NCBI RefSeq assembly: GCF_003918875.1
Contig: NW_025767096.1
Location: 372,001-436,000 of the forward strand
Reading direction: 5' to 3'
Source of the DNA: Haliotis rubra
Taxonomy: Eukaryota
Length of the DNA stretch: 64,000 nucleotides
The position numbers were made by a program, and so were the translations under genes. Shown in pieces: positions 10,901 through 24,545 of the stretch; position 1 is the first letter of the stretch; each line of letters opens with the position of its first letter. The notes under the pieces were generated by a model. That model ran no database searches, was not told the DNA's origin, and saw nothing but the letters and a program-made list of their open reading frames with translations.

Positions 10901-13745
10901 CCAGACCATGATCCAGTTACCTCACATCTGCACAGGTAATGCACTCAACCTCCCGTCTGTTTGGTCGGACATGTCGTAGAACGACAGCTGATATGCCATC
11001 AGCGTGGGACTTGCCACATTTGAACACAAACTCCTGAAATGATATCATAAACTCAGACATGATGCCCCCGTAACCAACAGAAGCTGCTGGAACACACAAC
11101 TGAAGCTATCTTCCTTGACATGGTCCATTCAGCTGTGTAATAACCAACTGACTATCAGAAACATCCCTTAGAATATGCTCAGTCACAGGGACTCTTCAAA
11201 TACTTGTGTCTCTGGTAACCTGACCAGCCAATCCTTCACATCACATAAATACCTAAATGAACAAAAACCTTACAGTAATTTATGCTGATCCCACCAACAC
11301 AGATGAGAAAGGTCAGCTTTTAAGAAAATGAAAATTCATTTTCAGGTCTGCACCTTCCAATTTTTATTTTATGGCCTCAGCTTCTCTGGGCAGAGCAACC
11401 TAAAGTCTGGTGTGTGTGATGTCATGTGGTGGTAAGTCTGAAAGGAACTTTCCAGAAATCACTTACCGCAGTTGTCCCTTCACAGCCATCATTCCGACAC
11501 TCCCCACCCATGCTCCTTGACTGCAACACATCGCTCCAGCCCTCGGGGTCCTGACAATACACAGTTTAGGATTTTCAGCTCTAAGACAAGTAACTGATGG
11601 GATTGTCAAACAATATGTTAAAGCCTAATGTTGTACTGTACCTACACTTTTATCAGCATGTAACCATGACAACTAGATTGTTTGTTTGTTATTTAATAGG
11701 TAGCAGTATGACAGCTTCATATATAAGCAAAGACTGAGGGAGGACGAGACGGAACAGTGATTGATATTATGAGCAATATATTTGCCACTGACACCCATTT
11801 AGTTGCCCTTTATGACCAGCTTGGGTTGGTGAGGACCAGTTCTAACCTGGATTCCTTACACAAGAGGTAAGAGAAACAATGCCACTAAGTTAGTTGTTGT
11901 CAAAAATACATATTTCATACTGACCCTGCTGAGAACAAAGGCCCCATCCTGGCATGTAGCACATTTGACCCTAAGCTTGCCTGGCTGTATTGATCTACAT
12001 TCCTTACAGTACACATAGTACTGGTTCTTGAGCTCTCTTTCCTCGCTTGCTGCAAGATAAACCATTATATTATCATGGTGTGAGATAAAACACTACATTA
12101 CCCTTCTGTTTGATAAAACAATGTATTTCTATTGTGTAAAATATAGAAAATATTACACAGATGTAAATAAAAATGATGATGATCATGATTTTAAGGGGGT
12201 CACCCATTTTGTTCTGGGGAGGTAGGCGGGGTCATCAATTTTGTACACATCTACTAGGGTGTGTGTGGAGGGGGTGGGGGGGGCAGCAATTTTGTACCTA
12301 AATATTATTCAAAAATTATGCTTAAAAAATTATGGGAAGGGGAGGGGGTGTCATTGATTTTGTACATGACATGCAGGGGGTTCACTTACTTTGTACATAA
12401 ATTTTAGGGGGGGTCATTCACACTGTACATGCTTCTCCATAAAAATCATCACCCCACCCTAGCCATAAATTATGAATGGTCCCTAAGTTTACACAATGGC
12501 AAAACTCACTTCAGTAACCTAACTGGATAAAGGTCTCAGAGGCAAGCCTGGTTAACTACACTGGATCCTGAAGCAGTCCTTAGTCTGTGTAGACATAAGC
12601 AAACTGTTCTTGTGAAACCTCAAGTGGCTGAAACCTTGATCAAATAACCGCTTGGTTAACTGACTGCGGTTAACTCTCAACAGTGCAAATATATCTTACC
12701 TTCTGATGTCAGAGTTTTTTCACTCCCTGATATCTGTCTGAAGATATGGAGAGTGCTTTGATCACCAAAATCCAAATCCTGAATGATAAAACATTTCTAA
12801 CTAAAATCTTATGTTAACATATGACTTTGTAGTAGTTTTTATCATATCAACATGACATTTCAGTCTTTGGTGGATCATAAAATTAGGAAGTTACACATTA
12901 TCTATTTGTTTATTTGTTTGTTGTTAAAACTCAGTAATACATCAGTTATGTGATGGTGGTCTGCAAACAACTGAGTTTTGGCCATAAAATCCAGTCACTG
13001 ACAGCATGAGCATCTGTCCTTACAATAAGGATACGATGACACGCATCAACCAAGCCAGCGAGCCTGACCACTCAATCCTGTTAGTCGCTTCAGACAAGAA
13101 GCATGGTACTTGTGGTTTTGAGGTATCACCTCTTCCTCAATATCCCTCTTTGATTCCATCCTTTCCCCTCCTAAGCTGCCTCCAAAAATAATAGCAAGCC
13201 TGTTCTCTGTATATTGCAGGAAATCCTCCAGAGCCCTGACCCCATGTATTCTGATCCCATGACTCAGTTGGTATTATTTAAATGGAGGAGGGAATACCAT
13301 GACAGCAGTCTTTCAAATTGGATTGGGATTCTCTGAGCACAATTTAAAAGCACGACCTGAGCAATATTCCTGCATTATCACGGCGGATGACACCAGAACT
13401 AGGCTTCAATATTTGGGGTATCAAACCCGGGTCTTCAGCATGACAGGCAAACGCTTTAACCACTAGGCTACCCCACTGCCCCTGCACATGGATGAAGTAC
13501 TCACTCATCCATGTCACACCTACGAAAAGTGAAGACATGTTGTTCAGACAATTAAAGTAAGGATGCTCACTTGAAACACACAATCGTCCGTCAGCAATTT
13601 TCCCCCCAAATATAATCTTGACTTCTTCCAGTGGCAAATTGACCTTCTTTGATATTTCTCTTTTGATTTCATGCAAGCTGCTGTCGGGGTTAATTTCAAC
13701 AAGAACTGCACAATTGCTGTGAAATTTCACATTCACGGTAATCAT
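4935..13745 (-). CDS. PRKN: E3 ubiquitin ligase parkin (RBR family), 11 coding exons, ~405 aa after correcting two 1-nt indels
   Basis: Exons (minus, all GT-AG, phases consistent): 13745-13571, 12778-12700, 12049-11925, 11550-11467, 11033-10921, 10061-9925, 8872-8811, 8288-8148, 7707-7627, 5626-5510, 5038-4935. Domains: Ubl (MITVNVKF...DQSTLH, Ser65 equivalent), RING0 (YVYCKEC...[11 protein letters not shown]), RING1 (CITC...GHVMCIECF...GYTLPCPAGC), IBR ([11 protein letters not shown]...[10 protein letters not shown]), REP (RWE), RING2 (TTKPCPKC...GGCMHMLC...WCWVC...HWFG*). An extra G at 13602-13607 and a missing base near 5597 break the frame as assembled. Confidence 0.95.
5684..5985 (+). 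mobile_element. SINE family A (~250 bp, GTCGTAAGAGGCGACTAA core, TCAC tail)
   Basis: TSD tcacttctact. Other copies or fragments near 30-260(-), 10110-10320(-), 11690-11855(-), 12905-13110(-), 28338-28544(-), 41175-41430(+), 45175-45250(+), 51605-51720(-), 62215-62330(-). Confidence 0.85.
6202..7525. repeat. 33-bp minisatellite (~40 copies) in parkin intron 9
   Basis: Unit cagtgtatcagtgYtgttgtttctgtaagataa; source of the spurious [11 protein letters not shown] ORFs. Confidence 0.97.
7716..7940 (-). mobile_element. Decayed tRNA-head SINE with expanded (TCAC)n/(TC)n tail
   Basis: A (GAGT)n/(GA)n tract at 7716-7869 continues into attccagcaata...atgggactcaaacactgtacc, matching the body of the short SINE family. 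Confidence 0.7.
8495..8810. repeat. 22-24-bp minisatellite starting at the parkin exon 7 splice donor
   Basis: Unit catgaacccctctcacccaggtaa, ~14 degenerate copies. Confidence 0.9.
9335..9945. repeat. 85-bp minisatellite derived from the parkin exon 6/intron 6 junction
   Basis: actaacctggcc recurs at 9421, 9536, 9621, 9706, 9791, 9876. Confidence 0.92.
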
Positions 13746-14487
13746 GATGCAAGTTATGTAGATAAGATTACACCATGTTCATTCGCTGCATATAATGCGC
13801 CGTATGTTCCCTGAAGGCTAAGTGTGGCTGTCAAACAACTTCCTGCATCGTAGTTAGCACAGGTATGCGATCGAAAGCACAACCTGGCACACTTGTCATC
13901 TGCTTAAAGACAGAGAAACGTGCACCCTGGGTTGTTTTGGTGTCGTCAGTTTTGTGTAGTCCACATCCGATAACGACAAACAAAAAAATCCCCTCCTATA
14001 ATGACAAGAAACACGTGCTTGACACTCGATTTGTTGTTATTTGTCATGATTTTATTAAAATGTGAAATATATTAATCACGTACAATGAGTGCTCAGTATT
14101 GTAAGCTACATCTTAATACGGCAATATTCATTCATTTGACTATGATGATGTCATACTTGTGTTTTTATGTAAATAAACAAATCAATATCTTCAGAAATAA
14201 TACCAAGCAAGTTAGTTTTTGTTAGATCATTTCCGTAACTTAACGCATTTCAACTTTTAATAAGCACCGCATTACTACCTTTTCGGAACACGTAACGCAT
14301 TAAAAATAGTACCTAAATATAACTCGAATAAGCAGTAATAAAGAAGGGTTTTGGTTCAAAATGTTTGAATCAATAAATATAATGCTTTATTCTACGATGT
14401 TTAACATGATATAATATTCTCATTATTCATGTTCTTTATCACTAACCTTTGCGGATGAATGTATGAGTTATTCCGTAAACAACCAAC
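13746..14487. promoter_or_regulatory. Probable shared bidirectional promoter region for parkin and ISCU
   Basis: The two divergent ATGs are 742 bp apart. TSSs are not identifiable from sequence. Confidence 0.6.
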
Positions 14488-17400
14488 ATGGCGCTGTTCA
14501 GAGTAACGTCTCGTTTGGGGAATTCGTTGAAGTCTGTGTTTGATGCCACCCCGGTTGCACTTTATCATAAGAATGTAAGAACGGATTTCAATAACAGTTT
14601 GAACTCTTGCACATTTTACAGATTTAACATGCACGTGATTATAGTCGTAATATATGAGCAAAAAAAAGTCGTTGTGTAACCCACATGTTCTACTTCATTG
14701 AAAAACAAAAAAACGTCATGATCACTCGGCTAAATTCGGTTACCATTCAGATGTAGTTTAATGTGACACTGACAGCTATGCTAAGTAAAAGCAAGTAGCT
14801 GCGACGTAACTGGCACCTCAACAGTGGTGTTATGAAAAGACCAGTTGATCTATATAGAATAGAGCATTTCATCACCCTGTACTGGGGCTGTAGTTCAGCC
14901 AGCTAAACGTCGTGTTCCTACCAAGGTATACCTTACCTGGCTAAACTAATCATCCTGTAGACTAGCAGCAAAGTCGTGCCACTTTCCCGCACTGTTTTTA
15001 CAGTCAAGCATCCACTGGTCACTAGTACCATGCTTCAATGCTAAAGATCTCCTAAAGTAATATGTTAATAGTATCATGGTTACAGGTTATCTTTTGACAT
15101 GATGTAATGGCTGATATTGGAGGGATGAGAAAATCAAAACTCAGATTGTGCTCCTTGGTATTTGAGTAATGATTCACGGAAGAATGCATGTGTTTTGGCA
15201 TGGAATTGTCAAACTAGATTCTTGCAGGTCGCCATTGGAAATCAAAAAGTAATTAAAGTTTGTAAACACTAGGGCTGTGCAATATTACCGGTATATACCG
15301 GTACAGTATCTCACGATACGATTATCGCCATATGGTTCAGATTCTGCAATATATTGGGCCATGCAGAGTAATTTCCGTTGTTTTATCTGCCCTTGATTTC
15401 TATAGTAACAAAATGTGCTCTAAAAGTGCCAAATATACTTTTATTTCTGTTGGTTTCATGTAGCATTTTACAAGTGGAAGTAGCTTGACAAGTGGCTCCA
15501 AAAGTGCCAAATATTCCACCAAATGCTTAAAGTTTTGTGGGTTTGAATGGTTTCATATGTGACCTTTTGGAGGAATTAAGTGGCTTCAAATGGACCAATT
15601 GTTTATTTGGACTTACTAGTAGAGCCTCTGGCTCTGAGTGACGTTATCAATTTATCATAAAGGCCTCTTATAAATTTTGTAGGACTGTATAATGACATTC
15701 TAGTCAAGGGTCTTAGTTATTGGAGGTCACATGAGAGTTTAAGCTCAAGTAGTTCACCTAAATCAAGTTTTTGTTTCATTTTGCAATAGTTCATGTTAAC
15801 ATATGTTTATATTGTAGTTGAATCTGAATGAATCACTGACATACAGTAACAATAATACATACTGCATTGAAGTGCATTCTGTTGAAGCAAACAACACTGA
15901 CCATGGAAATCATGCCATACTATTAGCATGATTAGTGCTGGTATTGGCATACAACCTGCGATACGATACATCATGATACTAAACTTTTAGTCACGATGAT
16001 ATATTACCAAAGTATTGTGCACTGAAGCTGCGATACGATACAAATCCTGATATAAGGGTGGCGATATGATATGTATCACGATACTAAAATCTTTAATTCT
16101 AACATCAACTATAAAACACCTTAAGATCAAAACAAAACCATTTAAAAGTATTTCGCCAAATTCCACCAGCGTTTTTCAATGTTCATTCGGAAATGAGATA
16201 ATTAAGTTTACACACAGACTTTGTGAATGTTAATAAAATGCAACCGCTATGTTTGACACAGTTCCTGACGCAAGGATTTCCGAGAAACTTATGAAGGGAA
16301 AATAAGTATGCATATATTTTAGTCATCAAACAAAAGTAAGTCTTTCTTGACAGATATCGTGATTCAGCAATATTCAAAGTAAAACATCGATGTATCATGG
16401 CCCATTTGAAGTATCGTATCGGGATATACTGCAATGTAAAACTTTGTATCCATTCACTGTATCGGTGGCCCATGGATCGATGCATCGATGCGTATCGATG
16501 AATCGTCTTACCACTACATACTATTACCTTTATCATTATGTTCGCAAAACTTTGTTTCAAGACTTCAATTAAACATTCCACCTTAAGGCTCTATATCATT
16601 TATTTACATGTAAACCATTGCCTGGAAGTCAATAAATTGCAATATGTATTGCAATATCTCTTAAAGGTCACATGCAACGTAAAACACAACTTTGCAGATT
16701 CTGATACCTTTCGGTGTGGACTTACCGAAACAAATCATCAAAAATGCAAATTCAGCGTCTAAAGTTGAAAAATAACGCGATGAAAAAAACTGCGCGAAAT
16801 CGGAGTTCAAACGATTCACTAATTTTCCGCCAGCGCTTGGGGGAAAAAGTGATTTCAACAGCTGGGCTGTGCTCATAGCTCATGCGCAGTGAAATAGGTT
16901 CGCGCAGCTTGGAAGCGGGTTGTCCGGTGAATACTCGGTGAAGGCTTTGGTGTGAGCTATTTTTCTAATTTTTTGTTGATATTTCACAGGCGCGAGCTTT
17001 TTATATGTTATGACAGTAGATTACCGATTTAACTGTTTATATAATTTCATTTGTTATTTCACCACACGCTCTTCTTAAAGCAGTCAATTTATTAGTTCGA
17101 TACTTAAAAGCAATGTCCTTATTTAGCATTGACAGAATTTCTAACTGTGATATAGGTATGTCGTCGTCACAGACAAACTCAATGTCTGTTTTATTGACAT
17201 CTATATGTCTGCCTGCCTCTCTGCTAATGACACTATTCAATACACAACTTCGATCACTGACCACATGCAATTTGAACTTAACACCTATCAGGCTATACAT
17301 CATAAACAAAACGCATTGATTTATGGCCCGATTTCGGTCTCTGTCACATTATGTAATTACACAGACAGGCAGGTGTGATACTTATACACATGACATGCTA

Positions 17401-20400
17401 TGATGTCTGTTGATTGCAAAATGTTATACACAAAAAATGAGCATGTATTTACAAAACCCAACATCTCTATATATACACACACAATGAGCCGTGAGGGCAT
17501 CTGCAAATGAACCAGCCATTACACTTGAGTGCACACCCACCCACTCTGACTGGGTTCGGTATCCCGGCTGCTTCGTTTCTTGGGAAGTAAACCCGAGTAC
17601 AAAATATTGCACTTTTGATTTGCGATTGTACGCTTATAATTTTGTTTATATGTTTTTTCATAATCAGCAATGTATATTATATGTCATGAATAAGTGATAA
17701 TTGTGTTTTGATTATGTTTGATTTTTTGGTTGCATGTGACCTATAAATGAATGTGACCTTTTTGGTGTACTGCTGGAATGTTGTTAGAAAAGCTGTTATT
17801 AATCGGGAGCAGGACAAAATCCACCCGGACAAATGCCACCTGGACAAAATGCCACCTAGGACAAAAGCCACCCAGTTATTTTACCATTACAGAGAGGACA
17901 ATTACCAGCCTTATTGACTTTAATGTTGATTTTGTTGTAAAATTATGTAGACTTTGATGAATAATTTGATTTCTTGAAGGAAATATTCACTTTGATAAAA
18001 AAAAGTTGATTTTGATGTAAAATTTTGATTTCATAGTAATGTTGATTTCATAGTAATGTTGATTTTTAAAAAATGTTAACATAAATGGATGACAAATTTG
18101 ATTTAAAGGTCACATGCAATGTAAAACACAACTTTGCAGATTCTGATACCTTCGGTATTGACTTACCAAACAAATCATCAAAATGCAAATTCAACTTATA
18201 AAGTTGAAAAATAACACGATGATGAAAAAAAAACGCTAAATCGGAGTTCAAACGATTTACTAATTTTCCCCGACTATATTTCCCGGGAAAAACGGGTTTC
18301 AACAGCTGGGCTGCGCTTCATAGCACGCATGCGCAGTGAAATAGGTTCGCGCAGCTTGGAAGTGGGTTGTCCGGTGAATACTCAGTGAAGGCTTTGGTGT
18401 GAGCTATTTTTCTAATGTTTTGTTGATATTTCACAGGTGCGAGCTTTTATATATGTTATGACAGTAGATTAACTGTTTATATAATTTCATTTGTCTATTT
18501 CACCACACGCTCTTCTTACCGAGTCACTTTCTCAGTTCGATACTTAAAAAGCAATGTCATTATTTAACGCTGACAGAATTTCTAACTGTGATATAGATAT
18601 GTCGTTGTCACAGACAAAACTCAATGTCTGTTTTATTGACACCTATGTGTCTGCCTGCCTGTCTGCTAATGACCATATTCATTACACAACTTCAATCACT
18701 GACCACATGCAATTTGAACTTAACACCAATTAGGCTATACACCATAAACAAAATGCATTGATTAATGGCCCGAAGTTCGGTCTCTGTCACATTATGTAAT
18801 TACACAGACAGGCAGGTGTGATACTTATACACATGACATGTTATGATGTCTGTTGATTGCAAAATGTTATGCACAAAAAATGAGCATGTATTTACAAAAC
18901 CCAACATCTCTATATTATACACACACAATGAGCCGTGAGGGCATCTGCAAATGAACCAGCCGTTACACTTGAGTGCACACCCACCTGCTCTGACTGGGTT
19001 CGGTATCCCGCTGCTGCTTTTGGGGAAGTAAACCCAAGTACACAATATTGCACTTTTGATTTCGCGATTGTACGGCTTATAATTTTGTTTATATGTTTTT
19101 CATAACCAGCAATGTATATTATATGTCATGAATAAGTGATAATTGTGTTTTAATTATGTTTGATTTTTGGTTGCATGTGACCTTTCCAAAGAAATAGTTT
19201 GACCTTGAATTTGGTGAGAAGCCTGTTATAATAGCATTGTTTTGAAAGTAAGGCTAACTAAGCACATGGGAAGTCTTCGGGAGGGTTGTGAGCTTGGGTT
19301 CACTATAAGTCAGTCTGAATGTTGTATTAAATGGCATTAACCGGTGTATTTATAAAAAGAATAAATCCTTTGGTTAAGGAAACTACTTAGCCCATTGGAG
19401 TAGCAGTAAGAGGAGATGTTATATGATATACAGAAGAATACTATACCACCAAAATAAAAATAATCAAATACATTTTATCTGGGTCCCGTCACATATCGAT
19501 GTACCGTCATACCGTCACATGAGTCCGTGGCAACGAAATGGCAGACCAAGCTGCCAAACTTGGACTCCACTCAAAAAAAAATTATCCACTCTACCAAATT
19601 CAACAAACACTAAATACAAACTGTAAAAATTATCACCAAACACGCCAAATTGATGTTGCCATAACCAGACTAAGACTAGCAAATTGCAATGTTAATCACT
19701 ATCTACACAAAATCAACCTTCATCCAAAGGGCAAATGTATCACTTGCCAAATTCCTGAACCAATAGCCCACACTATCTTTTACTGCTCAAAATATAATAA
19801 ACAAAGAACCCCATTTACCAATGCTTTCAAACAGTACCTCAACAATGCTAACCCTTCTGATCTCAAGCACATTCTAACAAACCCCAAATTAATTAAACCT
19901 CTCACTAAATATCTCATTCATACAAAATTATATCAAACAATCTAGCAACAAAAACAATAACATAATAATTCCACTTTTTACCATTTTAAAAATTGTTATA
20001 AATATGTATATGTTCTTTTAACTTTTCAAATGAGTTCTCTCTTTTTATCAACTTCATCTTTTAACCTTTTATATGTTCATCATTATTCACTTAATAAATA
20101 TGTTTTTAAACAATAACAATAAACATAAAAACAGTACCTCAACAATGTTAACTGTTAAATGCACATTCTAGCAAATCCCAGATTAATTCAAAAGAATTCT
20201 CTCTTTTTATCAACTTCATTTTTTAACCTTTTGTGTGTTTATCATTATTAACATAATAAATGTTTTTAAACGTCGGTTGCAAAAAAATACAATAATAATA
20301 ACAATAACCAATTATTACACTACAATTCTAATAAATTCCAAATCTCTATTACTCTTTACCTATTTCATATTTTTTACCTTTTTAATTTTGGTACTTTTGC

Positions 20401-22299
20401 CTCCCATTCAAATTTCCCAAATAAAGCAAATAACTAACAAACTGACCATTTCACTTCCAATGTGCACAACCAAGTTGAATATGTTTCATCGCAGGAGTAT
20501 GAAAGCAATATTAATAAAAGTGTGAATGAAAAATGAAAAAAGATAAGAATGAAAGCAATAATGAAAGTATGTAAATGAAAATGAATTATCATGCAAGTAC
20601 ATCTGGGAAACATAATATTGTGTTGGTGGTTTTTATTTTTATTTGGGTGGCATTTATCCAGGTGGCTTTTGTCTGGGTGGCATTTGTCCTAGGTGGTTTT
20701 TGTCCGGGTGGCATTTGTCATAGACCCTAATAATCATACCACAAATTAGTCATTCATAGCTGAAATCTATCTTGGTCATGTTTCATACTGTGTTTACAAG
20801 AGATGGCTTTCATTATTAAACAGGACACTGAGGAACTTTGATGTGTATGTGCACTGACAATTACGTCTAATGATGACAATTTCACAATGGACTCTTTGTC
20901 TGTATAGCTGTCTGTAACAATGGTACCGGCCAAAAATGAAGAGTATGTGATAAAATATTTCATTGTTTTGAAAATGACAAGGGCACTGTTTCTTTGAAGG
21001 TGATCGACCACTATGAAAATCCGAGAAATGTTGGTTCTTTGGATAAGGCTGACAAGAAGGTTGGAACTGGCCTAGTTGGAGCCCCAGCATGTGGGGATGT
21101 AATGAAACTGCAGGTAATGTGAAGTGTTCTTCCTAAACCTTGTTAACAGTTAACTATGATCACCTTTACCATATTTACAATATGCATTTACCTCCAGTAC
21201 AAATGGAGCAGGAGCAGGTGTCCAAGGTATACAAAATATGCATCATACTATACATACATCATGAATCTTTGTACCAAGATACAAGAGTCGTCAATTTAGA
21301 CATTCTCACCGCACATATCTAAAACATGTTAGTATACGTCATATTGCTGTTAGTCATTCACTTATATTAGGAATTTTGGTTCAACAACAAGTGTCAAGTT
21401 TTAAGTGTCACATTGTGTATCGTCTTGGAAACTTGCATGCTTACTGTTGACATTGGGCATCACACTCTTGGTCTTACAGCATCAACTTCAAAAGACCAAA
21501 TGAAAATCTGTGATATTATGTTCTGTGTTTGCAGATCAAGGTTGATGATGATGGCAAGATTGTTGAAGCAAAATTTAAAACTTTCGGATGTGGATCAGCA
21601 ATAGCTTCAAGCTCTCTTGCTACAGAATGGGTCAAAGGGAAAACTGTAAGTTGCCAACTGAAGTGAAACAAGAAAGTGGTCCTCTTTGGTCCATGTCGTC
21701 AGTATACTGGCGTTATAAAGGACAAGAGTTTGCTAAAAATATTATTGTAAGAACATGAAAATATGACAAATAAACCAGTCTATTTCCATATTATGTTGTC
21801 AGGTCCTTTAATTTATGACAGCTGGTTGTAATTTGAACATGTTCTGGCATTCCAACCTTTCTATACTCATCACATGATGTGGTTTTTTTCCAGCTGGATC
21901 AAGCATTGAAGATTAAGAACACAGACATAGCTAAGGAACTGTCTCTTCCACCAGTCAAGCTGCACTGCTCCAGTAGGTTATCTACTTTTCCATACTTGTT
22001 CTGATTGTTATGCTGAATTTGATACTGTAGTGTCACTCAGACTGAATCAGCAATTATTACATGACAATATTTGATTTCATATTGTAAATGTTCTGACATA
22101 CTGAAAAGATTTTGTGATAAAATAGCAGGAGGTTAAAATACAGCCTGTTGAACTCTAGATAGATGACATCCAACTCTTTTACTGACTGAAATATGTTGTT
22201 ATTTTAGTGTTGGCTGAAGATGCTATCAAGGCTGCTTTAAATGACTACAAGGTGAAGAACACACCTGATGGGGAGAAGGCCGCTGCCACCACCAACTAA
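14488..22299 (+). CDS. ISCU: Mitochondrial iron-sulfur cluster scaffold ISCU (NifU N-terminal family), 160 aa
   Basis: Exons 14488-14574, 21000-21113, 21535-21645, 21894-21972, 22208-22299 join in frame. Presequence-like MALFRVTSRL, then YHKNVIDHYENPRNVGSL, GAPACGDVMKLQI, FKTFGCGSAIASSS, LPPVKLHCSMLAEDAIKAA (three Cys ligands and the LPPVK motif). Confidence 0.97.
16665..17742. mobile_element. Non-autonomous TTAA-targeting (Kolobok-like) element, copy 1
   Basis: TIR aggtcacatgcaac/gttgcatgtgacct; TTAA on the left and ATAA on the right. Confidence 0.8.
18107..19183. mobile_element. Kolobok-like element, copy 2
   Basis: Collinear diverged copy of 16665-17742, same TIRs, TTAA on the left. Confidence 0.8.
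19420..19945 (+). mobile_element. 3' remnant of an RNase H-bearing (I/Nimb-type) LINE
   Basis: FIWVPSHI...MADQAAK (RNase H), ITRLRL, C-x2-C-x7-H-x4-C knuckle. Confidence 0.75.
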
Positions 22300-24259
22300 C
22301 CACTACTCCAATCCAGTTGTTATGTGTCACATATTTAGAGTGCTTGAGAAAATTTGTTTGGGCTAAAGTGTAATTTCTTCTTGATGTCAAATATACATGG
22401 ACTTTTGCCTTGTGTATGTGTAGTCTCTGAAAAAGATTGTATGATGACTGTATATGCTCGAGAGCCTTTGAATTTGTGAGCTGTTTTTACTGAGAACTCT
22501 CCCTGAACATTTATCAAATTAGAATCGATGTTGACGAAATCTGAATACTGAAATCTCATGTATATAGTCTATTTACTTTTGAACATGTACATATAATGTG
22601 AAACCAATCATTCATGTCTTAGATTTTAATGACATGCTTCGCATTTTGCTGGAAATTCGTTTTCAATCATGTACTTGTTTAGGAAAACACTCACAAAGAA
22701 TGTATTATATGTAATTAGTTTCTTTGCTACTCTATGGCATTATAAATTGTATACATATTAAACAGGGAGAATGCCCTTTTCTAGTACTCGGATAGACAGT
22801 ATTGTTCCTCTGGGTGTCAAGCTATCTATCAAGGCCAGATTTAGGGAAGGAAAATTGTTGATGATCTCTGTACTGTGACCGCACAAATGAGTCAATATGT
22901 TACTTGTACAAAGATAATTTGCATGATACTGACAGCTTCCGCTGCAAATAGCCTGGAGCCTGCTGACTTGAATGAAGGATGTGTGCCTGAAAGAGAGACG
23001 TTATTTTTCATGATTTACTTTTTACGTTCTTTGTTTTGCTGGTTCCTTGTCAAGACAATACTCAGACTTTTGTAAATTGTGATTCAGATTATTAATCCTT
23101 AATCAGTGAGTATTTCAATTTTAGGATATAAGTTGCAATTTGCAAATAAAATATGTAAAATACTGTTTGATTTCTCTTTTCATTTCGTTTTGACATTGAC
23201 GTGGGTGTTTCATCGCTGTCGTAGCTGGAGCAACCAGTATGATCTTCACACATTGTATTTGTGTTGGGAACAGAGCCCAGATTTTCACTGAGACAACCAC
23301 TCCTGTTTCACTGCTGTGCGATGAATTTGAGAAAGCGATGCACATGAAACAGCAGATAAATGAAGATGAAATACCTCGAAAATAGATGCCAAAGCCATAA
23401 GATACACTGTCTTCAATGAAGGAATGGAGCCCTTGGCAAGGGACTAGTGTTTTACTGTATTCTTTGTAGATTGCATTGCCAGTTTCCTGAAGAGAAATAT
23501 AATGGAAGAAAAGAATGTAGCTTGCATCAGCAGTGGACAAGGGTTAGTCTTGGGAGGTTCATGCTGCAAAGGGAAGGCAACTAGTGCAGTTTAGAGTTGG
23601 TGGGTCAGAGGCCAAGAAGAGGCTCATGGGAGCATTATTGGTGGTCGCTGGGGCAAATGAATTCTTTTCATATGAAGAAGAACTGTTATCAATAATGTGG
23701 TTCAAGGTTGCCAATATATACCGCTGGTATGCCAAGTCTTGACTTAAGAGGGACCATATGCTGCAGGTTTGGTGCCTATTTCCTGATGTCAGGGCCAGAT
23801 GTTGTACTCTTCAACTGTTCTGCCTATAATTGGTCTCGACTTAATAAGAGCCCAAGCTGTAATGTAGCGGTGAATTTTGTCTTGACGTGACATCACACGT
23901 AGAGGTCCGGAAAGCGGCAAATCATGTGTTGTTCTGCTCACGATAACGTCTCCAAAGATATACTGAACTACTTTAGAAACACGTCACCCTATTACCATAG
24001 GCCATGGAATTTGCAAAACATGTTTTGAACACAAGCTATGCTTGAAGTATACTATGACAGATAAAGAACATGCACACTGGGAAGCATGTGCTATTTCTTT
24101 CATTTGCCTGTGGATCACGTGAACCATCATGTGCTGAAAATCACCTTTTCACCTGCAAAACGTGTGAAAATGCTTACAAACAGCGGTTCCACAGCACATT
24201 GACACAACACATCCAACTGTGCACCAAACCACATCAAAATTTTGAATAGCACTAAGTTG

Positions 24260-24545
24260 TTGACATAATGCCATCGTTTATCAGCTGTTGTGAGAGAAAG
24301 CTATTTCATTTTTTGAGACTGGCTTGTCTACAGGTCAAGTGGCCACATGGTTTAATTTTCAGACCACACCCAGGGTTACCTGTGTCACCCCAGGCACGAG
24401 ATCGTCACATCGTCTTCATTCATTTATGGAACAGGTTCAAGGCAACGTCCAGAACAGACACTACCATTAATGGAAGACGGGGTATCATCAGTCCCAAGAC
24501 GGCACGACGGCGATTACGTCAGCTTGGACTATGTGCGCGTACGTT
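24260..24545 (+). mobile_element. Older Tc1-like transposase fragment
   Basis: ...DRHIVFIHLWNRF...ISPKTARRRLRQLGLCAR resembles the Tc1 HTH region. Confidence 0.6.

Larger units (their letters stand above)
17808..20727. mobile_element. Element with inverted arrays of ~15-bp GACAAATGCCACC repeats at both ends, hosting nested insertions
   Basis: Repeats at 17812-17873 and their reverse complement at 20645-20720. Confidence 0.6.

Noticed and set aside
12500-12630. Additional parkin linker exon
   Set aside because: The AG...GT combinations tried in the required phase all contain stop codons.
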